A DNA stretch of 62,715 nucleotides, the filler included, from Nemertoderma westbladi (Eukaryota > Animalia > Xenacoelomorpha): NCBI GenBank assembly GCA_032718475.1. It is 3 parts of 3 records of this genome, joined end to end, with 100 filler letters (N's around TTAATTAATTAA, not from the genome) between each part and the next. Parts side by side here need not be neighbours in the genome. Positions count along the whole stretch, not along the records: positions 27,298 to 51,639 come from JAUCBJ010004889.1; 2 more parts are not named here. The stretch is one strand, 5' to 3'. This document shows, one piece after another, positions 38,640-50,586 of the stretch. The notes under the pieces are model-generated. The model was given only the letters and a program-made list of their open reading frames with translations. It made no database searches and had not been told where the DNA came from. Every line of letters starts with the position of its first letter. Position 1 is the stretch's first letter. The translations under genes were made by a program, and so were the position numbers.

Positions 38640-41600
38640 TTACTCGTGCTGTGGACCAATGCCCGCGTCTCTCAGTTCTTCATTGACCAGGACCATTTCT
38701 CCTACCACGATGTTGCGATGGGTATGGTTCCACTTCAGTCTGGTTCGCAGGATGATGAGGTATTTGTGGGACCATATTCACCACCAGTGGGCTGCCAGGG
38801 CTTGTCACTTCTTCCAGTCAGTGTGGCAGTTAATCTCGCCGGGATCGGGAAACATCCCTTTGGGGAGGATATCGGTTTTGGGTTGGCCCAGTAGATGGTT
38901 TGGTGTCAGAGGTTTGAGATCGGTGGGGTTGTCTTGGATTGGTACGATGTGGCTATTGTTGAGCATCGCCGTAATTTCACAGAACATTGTGCGCAATGCA
39001 TCGTGTGTTACCCTTGTGTCTCCTAACTATGGACCTATTTACTAGGTTGATAAGCTTCTCCCAGATTCCGCTTGTGTGTAGGGCCTTTGGGGTTTGGAAA
39101 TTCCATTCTATCTGATGCTCGTTCGGAGAACCATTCAGCCAGGGTTTCCCGCAACTGCCTTTCCCCTCCAATGAAGTTTGTGCCGTTATCCGAGTACATG
39201 TGGCAACATGATCCGTTTCCGACAATAAACTGTTGTAGTGCATTTAGAAACGCATGTTGGGATAGATTTATTACGATGTCCAGGTAGACCGCTCGAGATC
39301 TCAGGCATGTAAAAATATTCCCCCCAGTATTTGATATTGGAACACCTCTCGATTATGGTGAATGGTCCAAAGCAATCCAATCCTGCGATATAGAATGGGG
39401 GCAAGCAGGGAGCGAGGAAGTATAATCCAATGCTGGATGTTGGTGATGATACAATTTTGTCCAGCAGGTAGGTTCGTCTAGTGGCATTGTCTTACCAGGA
39501 GTTTAGCGAGATGGAATCCTCCATGGATGATCGCAGGATACTTGATGTCACACTCCGTTGGTGCGTTTGCCATGTTGGTGTCCATCCAGATCAAGTTATC
39601 CTTTCCCATGACCGGTTTGAGTTGATAAATAGGGCTGTCAGATTTAAGGGTACAACTCTTTTCAAACTGTTCCCACTCGTCCAGGAAGTATTATCTTTGT
39701 GTATAACAGACTATATATCATTCGGCGAGTTGGTTTTCCTTGATGCTATACTTCACGATTGGGAGGTGTAATTTCCATCTCATGAAGTTTTGGAGTACCA
39801 GAATATAGTCGGTGAGCTGCTTCATATAGGAATCCATAGAGATTGATTAAGCAGTGGCTTGCGGTATCATTAGGGATTGAATATGCTCCAATTGTCATAT
39901 AGAGCAAGTTTGAATCCTTTTCAGGCTTGCACAAGCAACTATAGACCGATGGATCGGACATTATATAGAGCAAGTTCGAATCCTTTTCAGGCTCGCACAA
40001 GCAACTATAGATGTCCCTTATCTTGGCACCCTTAACTTTCCAGAGTTCTTTATCGTCTTCCTATTACTTCCCGCTATCCCATGGTAGGTCAAACTTCATG
40101 CTCCAGGTGAGCTGGGGTTGTCTCAAGAACTCTGGGCCTTCCAACCACATTTGGCTCATCTATTATCGCTGCATATCGCACAGCATGTCTGCTTGTTGCA
40201 GTCTCTTATGTAATGTCCAATGCTCAGGCATTTCAAGCAACCCTGATGTTTCATTATTGCCTCGAAACGGGGAACCAAATCCGCGTATTTGAAACATTGG
40301 CAAAGTTCTACGGCGTGTTTCTCCCCACAGAAGATGCAAATGAGTTGGTTGTGGGTTACGTCCCGCTTGGGAACCCAAATAGTGAAGAAGCTGGCCCATT
40401 CTTCAGCCATCTCGATTTCGTTCTCCTCATCTTCATCATCATCGGAGCAATATATAGCCATAGTGCAGACGGGTTCGTGGAACCTAGGTTTGGGTATTGG
40501 AATCCGGGATCTGGTCGCCGTCCCCCACCCCCCCCCCCCCATCCTGCTTCACCAGACTCTGTTTGGAAAATATAGAGTCATTCATCGCTTCTGAGACGTC
40601 GTCGAGGAATCTAGACATTTCCAGATATGTAGGATCGTATTCTGGATGACGTTGGCGTAGATCGACGCATTTGTAGGCCTATTTGGTCTGCAACCATCCG
40701 GGAAATTTTCGAGAAATCTGTTGGATGTTTAATATGTTGTTGACTTTATCCTACTTCTGTAAAGGTTTTAAACTATAATCTGCCTCCTACATTGAGTCCA
40801 AAAACTTTTGAATATTTTGGGGGGTCTCCCAATGAACCTGCATCCTGTACCAGTTTCTCTAGAGTTTTATTAATGATGGTCCCGGTATTTCCATATCGCC
40901 GGTTTAAAATGTCCCATGCATCTTGATATGCTTCATCATCGCCCCCCCCCCCCCCCCCCCCTGAAGCAACAGATTAATCTCTTTGGTTTATCTCCGAGAT
41001 ATTGAGGTAGATAAACGAGCGGTTTTCCAGCACTCGAATAATACTTAGATCCATCGATGTGGGTTTGCCGGAGGTGTTGAGAGGGCCGGGTGCACTGCCG
41101 ACATAGGATGGGTCCAACAGGATTTTGGCGTGTCGGGGATTATTCGAACGTGGGTGTCAGGGGTTGAGTTCTGTGGACCAGGCGGAACTCCCTCCTGCCG
41201 AATCCTTTTCAGGCTCATCCACTACAATTCACCTGTTAATCAGACCCACTTCATCTTCTGAGGACCTCTCACAACCATATTGGGCATTCCGGCCAGGAAG
41301 GTGCATAGCAATCCCCTCCGAATCATTTTCAGGCTCATATCAGGTACTATGACTTCCATGGTCCGCTTCTGATATGAACTTTTGTGCTGCGGGAGAGAGT
41401 TTGTGGGATTTAAGGATAGGTTGGAGGAGAGCGGGTTCTTCAAAAGGAAGTGTTTTCTCCAACTCAGGAATGGGGATGGGTTCATACCCCTGCTCGATCC
41501 CTCTTTCCCTATCCTCCTCAATTAGGAGATCTCGCTCGAGTAAAGCAGTTTCATACTTGGCTAATTTGGCATCATCCATACTTTTCTTTTGGATCATTAT

Positions 41601-42300
41601 ATTTTCTGCCTTTATATCTCGAGATCGTTGTTCCGCATCCCATTGTTGTATCCTTTTTATCTTATTGAGTTCTCTCTTATGTTTATTGTTCTCTAACTGA
41701 GTTTCCATTTTGCGTTTTTTGATTTCGAGTTGAGTTTCTAGTTCACGTTTTTCGATTTTGAGTTGGGTTTCTCATTCACGATTTTCGATTTCGAGTTGAG
41801 TTTCTGCGTCTCGTTCCTCGATGTCGACTGCCTGATACTGATTGATCATTTCTTGCACCAATTTATTTCTATCCAAATCCAGCTGCGCTTATTCATTCTC
41901 CAATCGCGGTTTGACTGTGCCAGCCCGTTGCTCCCGCATCTGGTCTTGGAGTCTGTTTCTCTGAGAGTGGGTGGAGGTCGTGCTCCAGAACCTAGACTCC
42001 GATTGTCTAGTAGTCCTCCTTGTAGCCATTCGTCTCGTAACAACTGTGGATACAGACTCTGCTTAACTCTCGAGTCTATGGTGTGACTGTTCCCCATACC
42101 TCCTGACGAGTTGGATGATCCGGGAGTGTTGATGCTGGAACTAGTCAAGGTGTCGCATGTGTTCCTCAAGTTTGGATTTATGTTTGCTCTAGGATTTTCT
42201 CACCAGTTTCCTTCGTGTTTACGTGCCAGTGTAGCACGGAAGTAGAATTTGGTGTCCAAAATTTGTCGCTCGGCGAAGCTCCGTCGGGAAGTTGCCATGG
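38640..42300 (-). mobile_element. Degenerate BEL/Pao LTR retrotransposon 1 (gag with Zn knuckles joined to post-RNaseH region and integrase; PR/RT absent)
   Basis: Gag CIFCGEKH...C and CLKCLSIGH...C; WLEGPEFL; integrase GLDCFGP, WNFQTP..HTSGIWE and PLTPNHLL. Many frameshifts. LTRs were not confidently delimited. Confidence 0.85.
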
Positions 42301-42769
42301 TTGGAATTCCGCAGGTTTATCTGAATTTTGCGCTGGCAAAAATTCACCGCTATATTTGGAATTTTGTTGCCGTTATTTCATAACACCGGAGTAAGTTTGA
42401 AAGGGTTGTGGATCTCCGCAATACTAGTCACTGGATATTGGATCAGGGAGTGATTGGTAATGCAGTCGAAAAGGAAAAAGAACAAGTTGGGTTGAATCAT
42501 CAATTTTATTCTAATTGATCAAGTTATCTTTGCACTGTTACACACTGATTCCAAATATATGGGACTCCCCAATGCGGCAATAGGCCAATATAAATGAAAT
42601 ATACACAATAATAATAATCAAATGAGTTATCAAAATAAGCCTACATTTACGAGTTATTTGGTCAGTCAGAATTATTTATTTAGATTTTAACCCCCCCAGA
42701 ACTACGTTTGATACACGTCTGTCTGGTCTGTCTATATCCATCATAAGTAAAATCCATCGGTATTCTGTC

Positions 42770-43385
42770 AGGTCAATCCTTTTCTTGCTTTGCCTACCCC
42801 GAATCCTTTCAGGCTCGTGATAACACTGACCTCAGCTGTCCATTGGTGTCTATGAGTCTGTGAGAGAATGCAGCAGTGATACTGCATATCACTCCATCTA
42901 GTCGGTAAAGCATCGACCCTTCAGTGCACCGCTCACCCCTTGCCATCCCTTACAGGTTGAGTCCTCAGGCAAGTCAAGTGGCTTAACTTCGGGGTTTGTT
43001 GGGACCTTATGACACCTAGTGTCACCAGCGTTCGAATCCTTTTCAGGCTCGCACAAAGCTGACCAGCGCCACTCAGGCAGTCCAAGTCCCTCAGTAAGGT
43101 GTTGCATACCCCTCACCCCACGCCGCCATCCCTTTAGGGGGTGGGTCCAAAGGCAAGTCAAGAGGCTTAGCTCGGGGTCGGCTGTTCATGTCCCTTTCTC
43201 CCGCGCTCTGCCTAGTTTCACCCTAGGTCGAATCCTTTTCAGGCTCACCCCAGGCTGACCAGCTCGGCTTGGGGTCCCCACCTTTCTTTGTGACACCAAG
43301 TGTCACCCTAACCCAAATCCTTTGCGGCTCGTGCTAGGCTGACCAGCACAACTCAGGCATTTGTCCCTTGGCTACCAGGAATTCT
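42770..43385. repeat. Structured repeat region upstream of BEL element 1 (probable 5' UTR/LTR) with reiterated GAATCCTTTTCAGGCTC
   Basis: Motif at ~42800, 43033, 43229 and a degenerate copy at ~43315, plus GACAC(C)NAGTGTCAC palindromes and GCTGACCAGC repeats. Confidence 0.6.
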
Positions 43386-43619
43386 ACCTGGAGCCAGATT
43401 GTACTTGAATTCTTAGAATTTGGGCCCCAATAAAAGCACTGAGAGTGGCGATTTTGTATTTAGTCGTCAATATAAATCGCCGTAACTATGTTATTTTTAA
43501 CTTTTAATCGTTCCGGTTTTTTGCACATGGTATCCGGGACTTTTTGGAATATTCGTTCATTATCGTTTATAATTTTTATATATGCCCGGCACCTGATTTG
43601 AAAATAACGCAAACAACCA

Positions 43620-43760
43620 CAGCACATTCTAAATGTTGCGGTAGACCATGGCACATTTATTATGGCACATTCTAAATGTTGCAGTAGACCATGGCACATT
43701 TACCATGACACATTCTAAATGTTGCGGTTGACCACAGCAAATTTACAACGGCACATTAAG
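43620..43760. repeat. ~43-bp tandem repeat, 3 copies
   Basis: CACATTCTAAATGTTGC(G/A)GT(A/T)GACCA repeated. Confidence 0.8.
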
Positions 43761-45329
43761 CTCCCATTGAGTTAATGCTATATTTTCTTTATGGTAATGT
43801 GGCCATTATGGGCTTCCATACTACTGACCTAGAGTACTGTAAAACGCTGTAACGATTTTTATGAAATTTTGCTAATTAAAGAACAATACACTACATAATA
43901 ACATGTCACTATTGTAGCCTATTATTCTTACCATTATTCTAGTTTGTTTTTACACTTGTTTTTTTTACGGACCACCGAAAGAGACATGAAAAATTTTCTA
44001 ATACGTATGTTTGGATACAGGTGGTAGCTAATACGTCCACAAGTAAAACTAACTCGTCTACACGTATTTGTAACAGTGCAGCCATACAAATGCCAAAGTG
44101 GGACACATCACTTATTTACAATGTTGTTGGAATACAGCATGCCTGTGTATCATTGGACAAACGTAGGCCTAATTGTGATGTTAAGGAATAAATAATGCGC
44201 AAGCCACAGTTCCTAGGTCACGATTAACTAAAATAATATTCTTAGTGTAGAACATTCAATGAAAAGAATTGAGAGTGGCTTAGATTGCACAACAGCTAAA
44301 TAACAGTATAACTGAAGTGCAGAACTGCAGATAGTCATATATCACGAATTCATCGAGTCAAGTCATCGATTCAGTCGAGTAAAATATAAATTGTATATAA
44401 CATTAATTTGTTAACTTCATTAATATCAAAACATTAGGCCTATATGTATCGTTACTAACACTTTTGTGAGAGCGGTTAATCCTTGAAAGGCGTATTCGCC
44501 AATGTATTTAATCGCATTCTGGTGAAGTTTCAGGTCTTCTAATCTAGACAGATTTCTGAAATTAAATTACCAAACTTAAGTAAAGATATAATTCGTATAA
44601 TATATCATTGTTTCAAGATTATTATCATCAAAATGGTATTAAAATTTTTCGCTTGAGCATATATGGTGCGAGCGACATCACACATGTCACACCATATCGT
44701 GGTAATATCAATGGTCTTTTGGTATTCTTTTAATTCCACACCCTGACATGCCCACAATGTTGTATTATACTGTGTCACTTTAATTTCCCTGATAATGTGC
44801 CATACTGTACCATGCCATGACATATCATGCAGTGCAATGACAGCACTGCCATGCCTAATAAAGTGACCATCGCATGCTATGTATTGTAAGTTTCCCAGTT
44901 GTAAAACCATTCCCAGTATTATTATACAATATGCGATCGTGTGTTGTGATATGCCATATCATTGCCAATTTGTAGAGTTATAACTGTTATAACTGCGCTA
45001 TAACTGTTATAACTGTGCTATAACAGGTACCACGTAACACGCTGAACCATGCTATCCAATGTTATGGCCAACAACATGATGTGAATGACATCCTACCAAT
45101 TCCATATGCATTGCCATGTAAAGCCATGTAGTGCCAGTCTCTATCTAATTTAGCAAGCCATGTCGCATGTGGGTAGCTGTTGGTGTTCCCAGCGTCTTGT
45201 GCCTTTTCATGACAATGCTAATCTATGCCATGCATTATATGTGATCATGATCATTGTGATCTAAAAATGCAAAATAAAAGTTTTCTTCGGCCGTTAGTCC
45301 AGTGAATACACACAAAGAGTCTGACTGAT

Positions 45330-45845
45330 AATTTTGGAAATGTAATTTTTCCCTATGTTATAAATGTGTGAAATTGCCTAAAACCACATAAAGACATCGC
45401 TTTCCAAATTTTTGACAATGAATGACCCCCGCACAATTATTTCAAACAAACAACATTTTTTACAAAACTACAGTATGTAAAATTAATTCATTTAGAAAGA
45501 AATTTTTTTTTTTTAATATGACTTTCCCCAGTGTTAAAAGTGTCTGAAATGGCCTAAAACCATAAAAAAACACAACTTTTCAAATTTTTGCCAATGCATG
45601 ACCCCCGCACAATTAGTGCAAACAAACAACATTTTTTACAAAACTATGTAAAATTAATTCATTTAGAAAGAAATTTTTTTTTTTTTAATATGACTTTCCC
45701 CAGTGTTAAAGTGTCTGAAATGGCTTATAACCGCAAAAAAACACAACTTTTCAAATTTTTGACAATGCAAGACCCCTGCACAAATAGTGTAAACAAACAT
45801 AATTTTGCTAACCTACAAAACTATGTAATAATTATTAACTGTTAG
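45330..45845. repeat. ~175-bp tandem repeat, about 3 copies
   Basis: CAAATTTTTG.CAATG...GACCCC.GCACAA recurs at ~45405, 45581 and 45752. Confidence 0.85.
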
Positions 45846-46337
45846 ACTGTGGGAAGCAGTTCTTTATTTACCAACCCAAATCCACCATGTCGGGAATTAC
45901 CTTTATACAGTAAATTACAACTTTTTAACCTCCAAAGACTAGGCCAACCAGAATGTTGACGGACACTGAAACGGAGCTGGACCTGCTAACACTTGAGAGC
46001 CGACAACAGTACACATTACATACTATATACTTATCCATATCCACTCTGCGTCCACTTAATTTCTATCTTAATTATAATTACACTTTATTCGAACTAAAGA
46101 CAAGATGCTTCTTACAGTCTTAATAAAAGCCTAACCCACCTACTAGACTACCACTACTAAACCACCTACTAGACTGAACTGCTAGATATACTTTCTAATC
46201 ATATTTAGACCTACTTCCATCCCCTGCAACACTGCATACTGTACCTATGTCCTATATTGAATTTAATATATTTTGTAGTGTTTTGGTTATTAATACTCAT
46301 GACACTATGGAGTGGAATCAGCTTGAGTGGAAAGTTC

Positions 46338-47581
46338 GGTGTTCGGACACTTCCCCCCCGGACACTTCCCCCCCGGACAGTTCCCCCCCGCTCAAGTAGG
46401 ACACTTCCCCCCCGGACACTTCCCCCCCAGACACTTCCCCCCCGCGGACACTTCCCCCCCGACTGATCTTAACTTCGCACATTCGTATTTTTCATTTTGT
46501 AAGGTAAACGGACCGCTTGTATCCAGATAAGTTGTATCCAATTTTCCTTTCGTAGCTCAGAAAGTGAACTTTTGCATCCCGATTTTACATTTTATATCCA
46601 AGTTTTATTTATGGGTTTTATCAATGCAATTACATCGTATTGTTTGCTAATCTTTAAACAATTAATTATATTAGATGACCTATAAATTCCATCCCCCGAA
46701 TGATATACTGTTTTTATTAACTATAGAATTATAATAATTAATTGTTTTAATTATAGGTATTATTATGTAATAGTCTTCTTCAAATTGTAGCAGATGGGGA
46801 TGAATCTTATTGTTGCAATCAAAATTATACCTCTCCAGGGTAAAATCGACATGCGTCTACCTGTATTCTATGTTCAGCATTACATATTGATATATATATT
46901 ACTACTATACATACTATATAGATATTATACACACTACATATTAAATTTCCTGGTTACTTGCAATATTTTTAATAGGATTTTGTTGAATTATATAATATTG
47001 TAGTAATTTATATATTAAATTGGTTAACATTCAATACAGCTCCTACTTTAGGCTTAGTCAATTTATTATCTGATGATACAAACATGAATTAATTATTTCA
47101 AATTGGTCTTAAGTCTTTCACCACGGGCACTCAGGGAAATGCCGGGGTCTGGGGGCGATAACCCCCAAGAAAAGAAGCGGGGGTTTGGGGGCGGCAGCCC
47201 CCAAGAAAAGAAGCGGGGATTTGGGGGCGGTAGCCCCCAACAAAAGAAGCGGGGGTTTGGGGGCGGCAGCCCCCAATTAAAAGAAATTAAAAGAATTGAA
47301 GGAATTAAAAGAAAAACTAACAAAATTTGACTATAAAAATGTTTCTTTTATAATTTTGAAAAAACTTGTCTAGATACAACTTGTCCTGTAACCATCTTTA
47401 ACTTTTGTTTATTGCTTTGATGCACCCAGATTAATTTTAACACTTTAACTGGGGGGGGGGAAGTGTCCGGGGGGCAAGTGTCCGGGGGGGAAGTATCCGG
47501 GGGGGAAGTGTCCTACTTGGGCGGGGGGGAAGTGTCCGGGGGGGGAAGTGTCCGGGGGGGGGGGGGAAGTGTCCTAGATCC
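46338..47581. mobile_element. Foldback-like non-autonomous DNA transposon with GGACACTTCCCCCCC subrepeat TIRs and 8-bp TSD GAAAGTTC
   Basis: TSD at 46330-46337 and 47582-47589. About 7 forward subrepeats (46345-46460) and about 7 reverse (47450-47575). Internal 36-bp repeat at 47143-47276. Confidence 0.88.
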
Positions 47582-47849
47582 GAAAGTTCAACCCCACTTC
47601 TCGAATCTTGTCTCAGTGGATAAATGTGATAGTGCTCCGCTCTCATTCGGTAAACTTTCTGTTAACAACCGCTCAATAGTGAATAAATACTGTACATCTC
47701 TATTACTACTACAGTACTACTATAATCGGCCTGCTGCATTGATACTGCAAATTGAGATGCTACATGCCGTCTTATCAAAAACATTTTGTCACCACCACCA
47801 CCATGCAATCCACCAATGAGGCATGCATGCATTAAGAATGCTATGTTAA

Positions 47850-48648
47850 CCCTATTAAACCCGGGGGGGGGGGGGGGTCAATATCACCCCCCCCCCCCCG
47901 TGGTTTTTTTATTATAATTCTGAAACAAACGCAGTTGGGAATCTGAAATTTTATGACTTTTCCTAAAAATCTATTGTCTTCCTAGTAGTGAAAACCGTTT
48001 TCAAAAATATTGGGTACTTTTCGAGTTATAGCACCATTTTTTAACCCTACTTTTGGCACTTTTTTTGAGACGTTTTTGGAAAATTACATTTCATTAAATA
48101 TGAATTGTAACATCTCGATTTATTATTTACACCGGTTTTTTGGTGTTAGAAATTTGATGGAATTCATATAAATTGATTTAGAAATTTCAAACTTGTTTAT
48201 TTCGGTGGGTGCCAAATTTTGGTGCCAGCACCAAATTTTGAAATAAGTCAATTTTGTAAATTGATCGTTTGAAACTTGTTTTTTACGCAATTGGGGTTTT
48301 TTGGGTTTCTGGATTCGATGAAATATATACGAGTTGCACCAAGCGTATCAAACTTGTATTTTTCGGTACTGTGTGCAAATTTTGGTGCTAGCACGAAATT
48401 TTGAAAATCCATTCAATAGATAAAATTGCTTGTGACAACGTATTTCTTGCGTTTTAGAGGTTTATGGCTGTTCTGAATTCAATGGAAAATATAATTATCG
48501 AACTAGACATCTCAAACTTGTATTTTTCGGATGTGGGTGCAAAATGTGGTGCTAGCACCAAATTTTGAAAACCATCAAATATATCAATTGATTGTGTCAC
48601 CTTGTTTCTTGCGTTATACGGGTTTGTGATGGTTCTGAATTCAATGTT
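47850..48648. mobile_element. Second, truncated copy of the piggyBac-like element (inverted relative to 28288-29864)
   Basis: TTAA|CCCTATTAAACCCGGGG...; reverse complement of ~29070-29864. Confidence 0.85.
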
Positions 48649-48673
48649 TTTAGACAGACAGACATACTGACGG

Positions 48674-49729
48674 ACTACTACTAGGATCGGCATGCTGCAT
48701 TGCAGCTGCATTTTTAAGAATGCTGTGCCGGCTTGTCAACAAAATTGCACCGCCACAACTCCCTATCACCCATGACATTTGCTAGATCATCCACATCTTT
48801 AAGGCCAGTGTCCTTTAAGATGCGTCTCAAGAAAGTCATGGGCTGTCCACCATGCTTATTCACTCCATGAGGCTGCCAAAGTACAAGATTATGCACTGGC
48901 TGGTCCTCACGGCGAAAGCAATGTCTTGCAAAGCGGAGGCGATTTTGTTCTAGTGTCAAGCTTGGGGGAACCAATGAGACACCTCCAATGTTATATAGTG
49001 TCTGGTTGGAGATGTGTGCATTGTACTTGACACAATGTACCCGGCGTAGCATTCTTGTGAATGTGCCATCCAGAGATTTGGTGTCCTCAGCAGTTAGAGC
49101 CCAGCATGGACTCCCGTAGAGGAGTACTGGAACTACTGCTTCTCTAAATAATCGGACCTTAAGTTTCCGATTAATTCTAGGTGACTTCCAAATCCTGGAA
49201 AGCCTATTCAAGGCTGCCCATGCCTTTCCCTTACGTATTCGAAGGTCCTCACCTGACTTCCGGATCCATGATCCCAGGTAACAGAAGTCGTCCACATGCT
49301 CAAGCATACCATCCTTTGAGCTTATGCTCATCCGATCAGAGACTTGCTGACTGTCAGAATGTCAGTTGTTAACTGTCAGAATTTTGGTCTTTCTGGAGTT
49401 AATAAAAAGACCAACACTAGAAGCAGCATGTTCTAATGAGCTGAGGAGCCGCTGGGCTCCCTCTAATGATTCTGAGAGTACTCCTAAGTCATCAGCAAAG
49501 TCTAGATCAGTTAGGTACTTGGCAGGATTTCCTCGACTTCTGGAGCCAGTAGGTGGAGTTATCATCACCCCATCATCATTATGATGATCTAAGGACAAGC
49601 GTAGAACATAGTCAACCACAATAATGAACAAGAATGGTGCAAGTGTGTCTCCTTGGAGGACGCCCCATAACACTTCAAATGGTTCTGTGTCACCGTCAAC
49701 AGTAGACACAAATGTTGTCGAACCATCGT
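48674..49729 (-). mobile_element. RTE LINE copy C (3' part with short TAG tail)
   Basis: ORFs 49362-49799 and 48714-49331 are nearly identical to copy B; the tail reads ACTACTACTAGGATC on +. Confidence 0.92.
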
Positions 49730-50250
49730 GGAATGGCAAACCAGGGTGTGGTATTTGCCCCGAGAGCTGACTCAGCAAAAAGCACCCCCCAACCCCCACT
49801 ATTGATTACATTAGTAATGCGGAGGTCCGGCCACTAGAGGCCAGTGGAATTACCGGACACAATCGGCTTCACAGGCGTCAGTTATCTCCTGACCGGCTGC
49901 CTGTGCCTGTGCCCCCTACTGGAGAGAGAGCAGCCAACAATTCTTTGAGTTCCTTTCCTGATGACCTTTCTGGCCCAAAGTCTGGGTCACCAGGGAGGCC
50001 AGATTGTGAGGGGGAGAGGGATTCTGGAGTTGGAGGCTACTCTCATGTTCCACCCCGACCAACAAAGCCATTGGTGAATCTGAGTCACTAGACTAGCCTC
50101 AGTAAACACCTTAAAACTCGGGTCCCCAATGCGACAAGGTGAGCTGACTGCCTTGGCAGATGAGCTTTCTCTTAGTGCAGTGGGTGGTCAAGAGCACCGA
50201 ATGCAGACTGGACAGACTGATGAGGTTCTGATTAAAAACATGGGGGGCGG
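49730..50250 (+). mobile_element. RTE LINE 5' UTR and start of APE endonuclease, opposite in orientation to copy C
   Basis: Begins with the RTE-type 5' hairpin ATGGCAAACC...TTTGCC and later encodes ELTALADELSLSAVGGQEHR (APE QEHR motif). Confidence 0.65.
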
Positions 50251-50286
50251 TTGGCGACTCACCCTATAGCGAATAAATCTTCTACT

Positions 50287-50380
50287 GCCCTGGTAGCTCT
50301 GTGGTCTTAAGACACACAGTCGGCTGATGATAACCGGAAGTTTGAAACTTAGGTACCGGGTTCGAGCCCCAATAGGGGGC
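50287..50380 (+). mobile_element. tRNA-derived SINE head with over-long A-B box spacing
   Basis: A box TAGCTCTGTGG (50294-50304), B box GGTTCGAGCCC (50359-50369), partial acceptor pairing GCCCT/GGGGC. Confidence 0.65.
50320..50359 (+). ncRNA. Minimal type I hammerhead ribozyme motif (slightly degenerate)
   Basis: Stem I TCGG, CTGATGA, stem II (T)AAC-CGGAA-GTT(T), GAAAC, TTAG loop, GT, A (cleavage site), stem I' CCGG. Confidence 0.6.
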
Positions 50381-50586
50381 GGTTGATATTTTTCGCTATG
50401 GAGAGGAGAGCATTATCATAATGTACTATAACATACATTTATTCGCCGTCACCACCCCACAACAATTCATTTATAATTAATTAACTCGCATGGACGGCAT
50501 ACGGGGTTACAGCGGTTTCTACAACACTGTATAATAGTTATTCTTTGAGGCATGGTTGCCACTTCTGGCAGACCACGGGAATAACA

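Noticed and set aside
39974-39998. GTTCGAATCC...GCTCG as a tRNA 3' end or PBS
   Set aside because: There is no upstream cloverleaf and no CCA/TGG. It is better explained as the repeated hairpin motif.
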